A DNA stretch of 64,000 bases from Lingula anatina (lineage: Eukaryota; Animalia; Brachiopoda), in contig JBPQGU010000013.1 in the NCBI GenBank assembly GCA_051362555.1, positions 248,001 through 312,000 of the forward strand. Reading direction: 5' to 3'. Below are positions 12,001 through 24,000 of the stretch, piece by piece (positions within the stretch are counted from its first letter, which is position 1; the number at the start of each line of letters is the position of its first letter). Both the position numbers and the translations under genes were made by a program. The notes beneath the pieces were generated by a model. That model saw only the letters and a list, made by a program, of their open reading frames with translations. It was not told the origin of the DNA and made no database searches.

Positions 12001-15000
12001 TTTAGGAAGAAATAGAGCAAAAACTCTCTCCACCCCCCCTCTCTCCAAATCCTGTTCTCAGGTGTGCTTTCTGGCAATCTTTAAAGCTGAAATTGGGGGC
12101 TTTAATGAAGTGACCCGGGCGCGTTTCCACATTTTTTATGAATGTCAGGTGTGGTAAATTAATTTTCATCACTTTTTGGAAAAATTGGTGACGGGTCATT
12201 TTTGGGTGATTTTGAGAGATTTTCGTAAGGTCCGGATATGGCAGTTTTCTTCAATTTTGGCCAGGTAGGGATGAAAAAATTTTTTCTTCAATATTGTGTC
12301 AGGTAGGTGTGTTTGGTCATTTGTAGTGAGGGTAAAGTGCTGGAAGAGTGATTGTGTCATTATTTAGGAAGAAATAGAGCAAAAACTCTCTCCACCCCCC
12401 CCTCTCTCCAAATCCTGTTCTCAGGTGTGCTTTCTGGCAATCTTTAAAGCTGAAATTGGGGGCTTTAATGAAGTGACCCGGGCGCGTTTCCACATTTTTT
12501 ATGAATGTCAGGTGTGGTAAATTAATTTTCATCACTTTTTGGAAAAATTGGTGACGGGTCATTTTTGGGTGATTTTGAGAGATTTTCGTAAGGTCCGGAT
12601 ATGGCAGTTTTCTTCAATTTTGGCCAGGTAGGGATGAAAAATTTTTTTCTTCAATATTGTGTCAGGTAGGTGTGTTTGGTCATTTGTAGTGAGGGTAAAG
12701 TGCTGGAAGAGTGATTGTGTCATTATTTAGGAAGAAATAGAGCAAAAACTCTCTCCACCCCCCCTCTCTCCAAATCCTGTTCTCAGGTGTGCTTTCTGGC
12801 AATCTTTAAAGCTGAAATTGGGGGCTTTAATGAAGTGACCCGGGCGCGTTTCCACATTTTTTATGAATGTCAGGTGTGGTAAATTAATTTTCATCACTTT
12901 TTGGAAAAATTGGTGACGGGTCATTTTTGGGTGATTTTGAGAGATTTTCGTAAGGTCCGGATATGGCAGTTTTCTTCAATTTTGGCCAGGTAGGGATGAA
13001 AAATTTTTTTCTTCAATATTGTGTCAGGTAGGTGTGTTTGGTCATTTGTAGTGAGGGTAAAGTGCTGGAAGAGTGATTGTGTCATTATTTAGGAAGAAAT
13101 AGAGCAAAAACTCTCTCCACCCCCCCTCTCTCCAAATCCTGTTCTCAGGTGTGCTTTCTGGCAATCTTTAAAGCTGAAATTGGGGGCTTTAATGAAGTGA
13201 CCCGGGCGCGTTTCCACATTTTTTATGAATGTCAGGTGTGGTAAATTAATTTTCATCACTTTTTGGAAAAATTGGTGACGGGTCATTTTTGGGTGATTTT
13301 GAGAGATTTTCGTAAGGTCCGGATATGGCAGTTTTCTTCAATTTTGGCCAGGTAGGGATGAAAAATTTTTTTCTTCAATATTGTGTCAGGTAGGTGTGTT
13401 TGGTCATTTGTAGTGAGGGTAAAGTGCTGGAAGAGTGATTGTGTCATTATTTAGGAAGAAATAGAGCAAAAACTCTCTCCACCCCCCCTCTCTCCAAATC
13501 CTGTTCTCAGGTGTGCTTTCTGGCAATCTTTAAAGCTGAAATTGGGGGCTTTAATGAAGTGACCCGGGCGCGTTTCCACATTTTTTATGAATGTCAGGTG
13601 TGGTAAATTAATTTTCATCACTTTTTGGAAAAATTGGTGACGGGTCATTTTTGGGTGATTTTGAGAGATTTTCGTAAGGTCCGGATATGGCAGTTTTCTT
13701 CAATTTTGGCCAGGTAGGGATGAAAAATTTTTTTCTTCAATATTGTGTCAGGTAGGTGTGTTTGGTCATTTGTAGTGAGGGTAAAGTGCTGGAAGAGTGA
13801 TTGTGTCATTATTTAGGAAGAAATAGAGCAAAAACTCTCTCCACCCCCCCTCTCTCCAAATCCTGTTCTCAGGTGTGCTTTCTGGCAATCTTTAAAGCTG
13901 AAATTGGGGGCTTTAATGAAGTGACCCGGGCGCGTTTCCACATTTTTTATGAATGTCAGGTGTGGTAAATTAATTTTCATCACTTTTTGGAAAAATTGGT
14001 GACGGGTCATTTTTGGGTGATTTTGAGAGATTTTCGTAAGGTCCGGATATGGCAGTTTTCTTCAATTTTGGCCAGGTAGGGATGAAAAATTTTTTTCTTC
14101 AATATTGTGTCAGGTAGGTGTGTTTGGTCATTTGTAGTGAGGGTAAAGTGCTGGAAGAGTGATTGTGTCATTATTTAGGAAGAAATAGAGCAAAAACTCT
14201 CTCCACCCCCCCCTCTCTCCAAATCCTGTTCTCAGGTGTGCTTTCTGGCAATCTTTAAAGCTGAAATTGGGGGCTTTAATGAAGTGACCCGGGCGCGTTT
14301 CCACATTTTTTATGAATGTCAGGTGTGGTAAATTAATTTTCATCACTTTTTGGAAAAATTGGTGACGGGTCATTTTTGGGTGATTTTGAGAGATTTTCGT
14401 AAGGTCCGGATATGGCAGTTTTCTTCAATTTTGGCCAGGTAGGGATGAAAAATTTTTTTCTTCAATATTGTGTCAGGTAGGTGTGTTTGGTCATTTGTAG
14501 TGAGGGTAAAGTGCTGGAAGAGTGATTGTGTCATTATTTAGGAAGAAATAGAGCAAAAACTCTCTCCACCCCCCCCTCTCTCCAAATCCTGTTCTCAGGT
14601 GTGCTTTCTGGCAATCTTTAAAGCTGAAATTGGGGGCTTTAATGAAGTGACCCGGGCGCGTTTCCACATTTTTTATGAATGTCAGGTGTGGTAAATTAAT
14701 TTTCATCACTTTTTGGAAAAATTGGTGACGGGTCATTTTTGGGTGATTTTGAGAGATTTTCGTAAGGTCCGGATATGGCAGTTTTCTTCAATTTTGGCCA
14801 GGTAGGGATGAAAAATTTTTTTTCTTCAATATTGTGTCAGGTAGGTGTGTTTGGTCATTTGTAGTGAGGGTAAAGTGCTGGAAGAGTGATTGTGTCATTA
14901 TTTAGGAAGAAATAGAGCAAAAACTCTCTCCACCCCCCCTCTCTCCAAATCCTGTTCTCAGGTGTGCTTTCTGGCAATCTTTAAAGCTGAAATTGGGGGC

Positions 15001-18000
15001 TTTAATGAAGTGACCCGGGCGCGTTTCCACATTTTTTATGAATGTCAGGTGTGGTAAATTAATTTTCATCACTTTTTGGAAAAATTGGTGACGGGTCATT
15101 TTTGGGTGATTTTGAGAGATTTTCGTAAGGTCCGGATATGGCAGTTTTCTTCAATTTTGGCCAGGTAGGGATGAAAAATTTTTTTCTTCAATATTGTGTC
15201 AGGTAGGTGTGTTTGGTCATTTGTAGTGAGGGTAAAGTGCTGGAAGAGTGATTGTGTCATTATTTAGGAAGAAATAGAGCAAAAACTCTCTCCACCCCCC
15301 CTCTCTCCAAATCCTGTTCTCAGGTGTGCTTTCTGGCAATCTTTAAAGCTGAAATTGGGGGCTTTAATGAAGTGACCCGGGCGCGTTTCCACATTTTTTA
15401 TGAATGTCAGGTGTGGTAAATTAATTTTCATCACTTTTTGGAAAAATTGGTGACGGGTCATTTTTGGGTGATTTTGAGAGATTTTCGTAAGGTCCGGATA
15501 TGGCAGTTTTCTTCAATTTTGGCCAGGTAGGGATGAAAAATTTTTTTCTTCAATATTGTGTCAGGTGTGTGTGTTTGGTCATTTGTAGTGAGGGTAAAGT
15601 GCTGGAAGAGTGATTGTGTCATTATTTAGGAAGAAATAGAGCAAAAACTCTCTCCACCCCCCCTCTCTCCAAATCCTGTTCTCAGGTGTGCTTTCTGGCA
15701 ATCTTTAAAGCTGAAATTGGGGGCTTTAATGAAGTGACCCGGGCGCGTTTCCACATTTTTTATGAATGTCAGGTGTGGTAAATTAATTTTCATCACTTTT
15801 TGGAAAAATTGGTGACGGGTCATTTTTGGGTGATTTTGAGAGATTTTCGTAAGGTCCGGATATGGCAGTTTTCTTCAATTTTGGCCAGGTAGGGATGAAA
15901 AATTTTTTTCTTCAATATTGTGTCAGGTGTGTGTGTTTGGTCATTTGTAGTGAGGGTAAAGTGCTGGAAGAGTGATTGTGTCATTATTTAGGAAGAAATA
16001 GAGCAAAAACTCTCTCCACCCCCCCTCTCTCCAAATCCTGTTCTCAGGTGTGCTTTCTGGCAATCTTTAAAGCTGAAATTGGGGGCTTTAATAAAGTGAC
16101 CCGGGCGCGTTTCCACATTTTTTATGAATGTCAGGTGTGGTAAATTAATTTTCATCACTTTTTGGAAAAATTGGTGACGGGTCATTTTTGGGTGATTTTG
16201 AGAGATTTTCGTAAGGTCCGGATATGGCAGTTTTCTTCAATTTTGGCCAGGTAGGGATGAAAAATTTTTTTCTTCAATATTGTGTCAGGTGTGTGTGTTT
16301 GGTCATTTGTAGTGAGGGTAAAGTGCTGGAAGAGTGATTGTGTCATTATTTAGGAAGAAATAGAGCAAAAACTCTCTCCACCCCCCCTCTCTCCAAATCC
16401 TGTTCTCAGGTGTGCTTTCTGGCAATCTTTAAAGCTGAAATTGGGGGCTTTAATGAAGTGACCCGGGCGCGTTTCCACATTTTTTATGAATGTCAGGTGT
16501 GGTAAATTAATTTTCATCACTTTTTGGAAAAATTGGTGACGGGTCATTTTTGGGTGATTTTGAGAGATTTTCGTAAGGTCCGGATATGGCAGTTTTCTTC
16601 AATTTTGGCCAGGTAGGGATGAAAAATTTTTTTCTTCAATATTGTGTCAGGTGTGTGTGTTTGGTCATTTGTAGTGAGGGTAAAGTGCTGGAAGAGTGAT
16701 TGTGTCATTATTTAGGAAGAAATAGAGCAAAAACTCTCTCCACCCCCCCTCTCTCCAAATCCTGTTCTCAGGTGTGCTTTCTGGCAATCTTTAAAGCTGA
16801 AATTGGGGGCTTTAATGAAGTGACCCGGGCGCGTTTCCACATTTTTTATGAATGTCAGGTGTGGTAAATTAATTTTCATCACTTTTTGGAAAAATTGGTG
16901 ACGGGTCATTTTTGGGTGATTTTGAGAGATTTTCGTAAGGTCCGGATATGGCAGTTTTCTTCAATTTTGGCCAGGTAGGGATGAAAAATTTTTTTCTTCA
17001 ATATTGTGTCAGGTGTGTGTGTTTGGTCATTTGTAGTGAGGGTAAAGTGCTGGAAGAGTGATTGTGTCATTATTTAGGAAGAAATAGAGCAAAAACTCTC
17101 TCCACCCCCCCTCTCTCCAAATCCTGTTCTCAGGTGTGCTTTCTGGCAATCTTTAAAGCTGAAATTGGGGGCTTTAATGAAGTGACCCGGGCGCGTTTCC
17201 ACATTTTTTATGAATGTCAGGTGTGGTAAATTAATTTTCATCACTTTTTGGAAAAATTGGTGACGGGTCATTTTTGGGTGATTTTGAGAGATTTTCGTAA
17301 GGTCCGGATATGGCAGTTTTCTTCAATTTTGGCCAGGTAGGGATGAAAAATTTTTTTCTTCAATATTGTGTCAGGTGTGTGTGTTTGGTCATTTGTAGTG
17401 AGGGTAAAGTGCTGGAAGAGTGATTGTGTCATTATTTAGGAAGAAATAGAGCAAAAACTCTCTCCACCCCCCCTCTCTCCAAATCCTGTTCTCAGGTGTG
17501 CTTTCTGGCAATCTTTAAAGCTGAAATTGGGGGCTTTAATGAAGTGACCCGGGCGCGTTTCCACATTTTTTATGAATGTCAGGTGTGGTAAATTAATTTT
17601 CATCACTTTTTGGAAAAATTGGTGACGGGTCATTTTTGGGTGATTTTGAGAGATTTTCGTAAGGTCCGGATATGGCAGTTTTCTTCAATTTTGGCCAGGT
17701 AGGGATGAAAAATTTTTTTCTTCAATATTGTGTCAGGTGTGTGTGTTTGGTCATTTGTAGTGAGGGTAAAGTGCTGGAAGAGTGATTGTGTCATTATTTA
17801 GGAAGAAATAGAGCAAAAACTCTCTCCACCCCCCCTCTCTCCAAATCCTGTTCTCAGGTGTGCTTTCTGGCAATCTTTAAAGCTGAAATTGGGGGCTTTA
17901 ATGAAGTGACCCGGGCGCGTTTCCACATTTTTTATGAATGTCAGGTGTGGTAAATTAATTTTCATCACTTTTTGGAAAAATTGGTGACGGGTCATTTTTG

Positions 18001-21000
18001 GGTGATTTTGAGAGATTTTCGTAAGGTCCGGATATGGCAGTTTTCTTCAATTTTGGCCAGGTAGGGATGAAAAATTTTTTTCTTCAATATTGTGTCAGGT
18101 GTGTGTGTTTGGTCATTTGTAGTGAGGGTAAAGTGCTGGAAGAGTGATTGTGTCATTATTTAGGAAGAAATAGAGCAAAAACTCTCTCCACCCCCCCTCT
18201 CTCCAAATCCTGTTCTCAGGTGTGCTTTCTGGCAATCTTTAAAGCTGAAATTGGGGGCTTTAATGAAGTGACCCGGGCGCGTTTCCACATTTTTTATGAA
18301 TGTCAGGTGTGGTAAATTAATTTTCATCACTTTTTGGAAAAATTGGTGACGGGTCATTTTTGGGTGATTTTGAGAGATTTTCGTAAGGTCCGGATATGGC
18401 AGTTTTCTTCAATTTTGGCCAGGTAGGGATGAAAAATTTTTTTCTTCAATATTGTGTCAGGTGTGTGTGTTTGGTCATTTGTAGTGAGGGTAAAGTGCTG
18501 GAAGAGTGATTGTGTCATTATTTAGGAAGAAATAGAGCAAAAACTCTCTCCACCCCCCCTCTCTCCAAATCCTGTTCTCAGGTGTGCTTTCTGGCAATCT
18601 TTAAAGCTGAAATTGGGGGCTTTAATGAAGTGACCCGGGCGCGTTTCCACATTTTTTATGAATGTCAGGTGTGGTAAATTAATTTTCATCACTTTTTGGA
18701 AAAATTGGTGACGGGTCATTTTTGGGTGATTTTGAGAGATTTTCGTAAGGTCCGGATATGGCAGTTTTCTTCAATTTTGGCCAGGTAGGGATGAAAAATT
18801 TTTTTCTTCAATATTGTGTCAGGTGTGTGTGTTTGGTCATTTGTAGTGAGGGTAAAGTGCTGGAAGAGTGATTGTGTCATTATTTACCCCTCTCTCCAAA
18901 TCCTGTTCTTCAGGTGTGCTTTCTGGCAATCTTTAAAGCTGAAATTGGGGGCTTTAATGAAGTGACCCGGGCGCGTTTCCACATTTTTTATGAATGTCAG
19001 GTGTGGTAAATTAATTTTCATCACTTTTTGGAAAAATTGGTGACGGGTCATTTTTGGGTGATTTTGAGAGATTTTCGTAAGGTCCGGATATGGCAGTTTT
19101 CTTCAATTTTGGCCAGGTAGGGATGAAAAATTTTTTTCTTCAATATTGTGTCAGGTAGGTGTGTTTTGGTCATTTGTAGTGAGGGTAAAGTGCTGGAAGA
19201 GGGATTGTGTCATATTTAGGAAGAAATAGAGCAAAAACTCTCTCCACCCCCCCTCTCTCCAAATCCTGTTCTCAGGTGTGCTTTCTGGCAATCTTTAAAG
19301 CTGAAATTGGGGGCTTTAATGAAGTGACCCGGGCGCGTTTCCACATTTTTTATGAATGTCAGGTGTGGTAAATTAATTTTCATCACTTTTTGGAAAAATT
19401 GGTGACGGGTCATTTTTGGGTGATTTTGAGAGATTTTCGTAAGGTCCGGATATGGCAGTTTTCTTCAATTTTGGCCAGGTAGGGATGAAAAATTTTTTTC
19501 TTCAATATTGTGTCAGGTAGGTGTGTTTGGTCATTTGTAGTGAGGGTAAAGTGCTGGAAGAGGGATTGTGTCATTATTTAGGAAGAAATAGAGCAAAAAC
19601 TCTCTCCACCCCCCCTCTCTCCAAATCCTGTTCTCAGGTGTGCTTTCTGGCAATCTTTAAAGCTGAAATTGGGGCTTTAATGAAGTGACCCGGGCGCGTT
19701 TCCACATTTTTTATGAATGTCAGGTGTGGTAAATTAATTTTCATCACTTTTTGGAAAAATTGGTGACGGGTCATTTTTGGGTGATTTTGAGAGATTTTCG
19801 TAAGGTCCGGATATGGCAGTTTTCTTCAATTTTGGCCAGGTAGGGATGAAAAATTTTTTTCTTCAATATTGTGTCAGGTAGGTGTGTTTGGTCATTTGTA
19901 GTGAGGGTAAAGTGCTGGAAGAGGGATTGTGTCATTATTTAGGAAGAAATAGAGCAAAAACTCTCTCCACCCCCCCTCTCTCCAAATCCTGTTCTCAGGT
20001 GTGCTTTCTGGCAATCTTTAAAGCTGAAATTGGGGGCTTTAATGAAGTGACCCGGGCGCGTTTCCACATTTTTTATGAATGTCAGGTGTGGTAAATTAAT
20101 TTTCATCACTTTTTGGAAAAATTGGTGACGGGTCATTTTTGGGTGATTTTGAGAGATTTTCGTAAGGTCCGGATATGGCAGTTTTCTTCAATTTTGGCCA
20201 GGTAGGGATGAAAAATTTTTTTCTTCAATATTGTGTCAGGTAGGTGTGTTTGGTCATTTGTAGTGAGGGTAAAGTGCTGGAAGAGGGATTGTGTCATTAT
20301 TTAGGAAGAAATAGAGCAAAAACTCTCTCCACCCCCCCTCTCTCCAAATCCTGTTCTCAGGTGTGCTTTCTGGCAATCTTTAAAGCTGAAATTGGGGGCT
20401 TTAATGAAGTGACCCGGGCGCGTTTCCACATTTTTTATGAATGTCAGGTGTGGTAAATTAATTTTCATCACTTTTTGGAAAAATTGGTGACGGGTCATTT
20501 TTGGGTGATTTTGAGAGATTTTCGTAAGGTCCGGATATGGCAGTTTTCTTCAATTTTGGCCAGGTAGGGATGAAAAATTTTTTTCTTCAATATTGTGTCA
20601 GGTAGGTGTGTTTGGTCATTTGTAGTGAGGGTAAAGTGCTGGAAGAGGGATTGTGTCATTATTTAGGAAGAAATAGAGCAAAAACTCTCTCCACCCCCCC
20701 TCTCTCCAAATCCTGTTCTCAGGTGTGCTTTCTGGCAATCTTTAAAGCTGAAATTGGGGGCTTTAATGAAGTGACCCGGGCGCGTTTCCACATTTTTTAT
20801 GAATGTCAGGTGTGGTAAATTAATTTTCATCACTTTTTGGAAAAATTGGTGACGGGTCATTTTTGGGTGATTTTGAGAGATTTTCGTAAGGTCCGGATAT
20901 GGCAGTTTTCTTCAATTTTGGCCAGGTAGGGATGAAAAATTTTTTTCTTCAATATTGTGTCAGGTAGGTGTGTTTGGTCATTTGTAGTGAGGGTAAAGTG

Positions 21001-24000
21001 CTGGAAGAGGGATTGTGTCATTATTTAGGAAGAAATAGAGCAAAAACTCTCTCCACCCCCCCTCTCTCCAAATCCTGTTCTCAGGTGTGCTTTCTGGCAA
21101 TCTTTAAAGCTGAAATTGGGGGCTTTAATGAAGTGACCCGGGCGCGTTTCCACATTTTTTATGAATGTCAGGTGTGGTAAATTAATTTTCATCACTTTTT
21201 GGAAAAATTGGTGACGGGTCATTTTTGGGTGATTTTGAGAGATTTTCGTAAGGTCCGGATATGGCAGTTTTCTTCAATTTTGGCCAGGTAGGGATGAAAA
21301 ATTTTTTTCTTCAATATTGTGTCAGGTAGGTGTGTTTGGTCATTTGTAGTGAGGGTAAAGTGCTGGAAGAGGGATTGTGTCATTATTTAGGAAGAAATAG
21401 AGCAAAAACTCTCTCCACCCCCCCTCTCTCCAAATCCTGTTCTCAGGTGTGCTTTCTGGCAATCTTTAAAGCTGAAATTGGGGGCTTTAATGAAGTGACC
21501 CGGGCGCGTTTCCACATTTTTTATGAATGTCAGGTGTGGTAAATTAATTTTCATCACTTTTTGGAAAAATTGGTGACGGGTCATTTTTGGGTGATTTTGA
21601 GAGATTTTCGTAAGGTCCGGATATGGCAGTTTTCTTCAATTTTGGCCAGGTAGGGATGAAAAATTTTTTTCTTCAATATTGTGTCAGGTAGGTGTGTTTG
21701 GTCATTTGTAGTGAGGGTAAAGTGCTGGAAGAGGGATTGTGTCATTATTTAGGAAGAAATAGAGCAAAAACTCTCTCCACCCCCCCTCTCTCCAAATCCT
21801 GTTCTCAGGTGTGCTTTCTGGCAATCTTTAAAGCTGAAATTGGGGGCTTTAATGAAGTGACCCGGGCGCGTTTCCACATTTTTTATGAATGTCAGGTGTG
21901 GTAAATTAATTTTCATCACTTTTTGGAAAAATTGGTGACGGGTCATTTTTGGGTGATTTTGAGAGATTTTCGTAAGGTCCGGATATGGCAGTTTTCTTCA
22001 ATTTTGGCCAGGTAGGGATGAAAAATTTTTTTCTTCAATATTGTGTCAGGTAGGTGTGTTTGGTCATTTGTAGTGAGGGTAAAGTGCTGGAAGAGGGATT
22101 GTGTCATTATTTAGGAAGAAATAGAGCAAAAACTCTCTCCACCCCCCCTCTCTCCAAATCCTGTTCTCAGGTGTGCTTTCTGGCAATCTTTAAAGCTGAA
22201 ATTGGGGGCTTTAATGAAGTGACCCGGGCGCGTTTCCACATTTTTTATGAATGTCAGGTGTGGTAAATTAATTTTCATCACTTTTTGGAAAAATTGGTGA
22301 CGGGTCATTTTTGGGTGATTTTGAGAGATTTTCGTAAGGTCCGGATATGGCAGTTTTCTTCAATTTTGGCCAGGTAGGGATGAAAAATTTTTTTCTTCAA
22401 TATTGTGTCAGGTAGGTGTGTTTGGTCATTTGTAGTGAGGGTAAAGTGCTGGAAGAGGGATTGTGTCATTATTTAGGAAGAAATAGAGCAAAAACTCTCT
22501 CCACCCCCCCTCTCTCCAAATCCTGTTCTCAGGTGTGCTTTCTGGCAATCTTTAAAGCTGAAATTGGGGGCTTTAATGAAGTGACCCGGGCGCGTTTCCA
22601 CATTTTTTATGAATGTCAGGTGTGGTAAATTAATTTTCATCACTTTTTGGAAAAATTGGTGACGGGTCATTTTTGGGTGATTTTGAGAGATTTTCGTAAG
22701 GTCCGGATATGGCAGTTTTCTTCAATTTTGGCCAGGTAGGGATGAAAAATTTTTTTCTTCAATATTGTGTCAGGTAGGTGTGTTTGGTCATTTGTAGTGA
22801 GGGTAAAGTGCTGGAAGAGGGATTGTGTCATTATTTAGGAAGAAATAGAGCAAAAACTCTCTCCACCCCCCCTCTCTCCAAATCCTGTTCTCAGGTGTGC
22901 TTTCTGGCAATCTTTAAAGCTGAAATTGGGGGCTTTAATGAAGTGACCCGGGCGCGTTTCCACATTTTTTATGAATGTCAGGTGTGGTAAATTAATTTTC
23001 ATCACTTTTTGGAAAAATTGGTGACGGGTCATTTTTGGGTGATTTTGAGAGATTTTCGTAAGGTCCGGATATGGCAGTTTTCTTCAATTTTGGCCAGGTA
23101 GGGATGAAAAATTTTTTTCTTCAATATTGTGTCAGGTAGGTGTGTTTGGTCATTTGTAGTGAGGGTAAAGTGCTGGAAGAGGGATTGTGTCATTATTTAG
23201 GAAGAAATAGAGCAAAAACTCTCTCCACCCCCCCTCTCTCCAAATCCTGTTCTCAGGTGTGCTTTCTGGCAATCTTTAAAGCTGAAATTGGGGGCTTTAA
23301 TGAAGTGACCCGGGCGCGTTTCCACATTTTTTATGAATGTCAGGTGTGGTAAATTAATTTTCATCACTTTTTGGAAAAATTGGTGACGGGTCATTTTTGG
23401 GTGATTTTGAGAGATTTTCGTAAGGTCCGGATATGGCAGTTTTCTTCAATTTTGGCCAGGTAGGGATGAAAAATTTTTTTCTTCAATATTGTGTCAGGTA
23501 GGTGTGTTTGGTCATTTGTAGTGAGGGTAAAGTGCTGGAAGAGGGATTGTGTCATTATTTAGGAAGAAATAGAGCAAAAACTCTCTCCACCCCCCCTCTC
23601 TCCAAATCCTGTTCTCAGGTGTGCTTTCTGGCAATCTTTAAAGCTGAAATTGGGGGCTTTAATGAAGTGACCCGGGCGCGTTTCCACATTTTTTATGAAT
23701 GTCAGGTGTGGTAAATTAATTTTCATCACTTTTTGGAAAAATTGGTGACGGGTCATTTTTGGGTGATTTTGAGAGATTTTCGTAAGGTCCGGATATGGCA
23801 GTTTTCTTCAATTTTGGCCAGGTAGGGATGAAAAATTTTTTTCTTCAATATTGTGTCAGGTAGGTGTGTTTGGTCATTTGTAGTGAGGGTAAAGTGCTGG
23901 AAGAGGGATTGTGTCATTATTTAGGAAGAAATAGAGCAAAAACTCTCTCCACCCCCCCTCTCTCCAAATCCTGTTCTCAGGTGTGCTTTCTGGCAATCTT

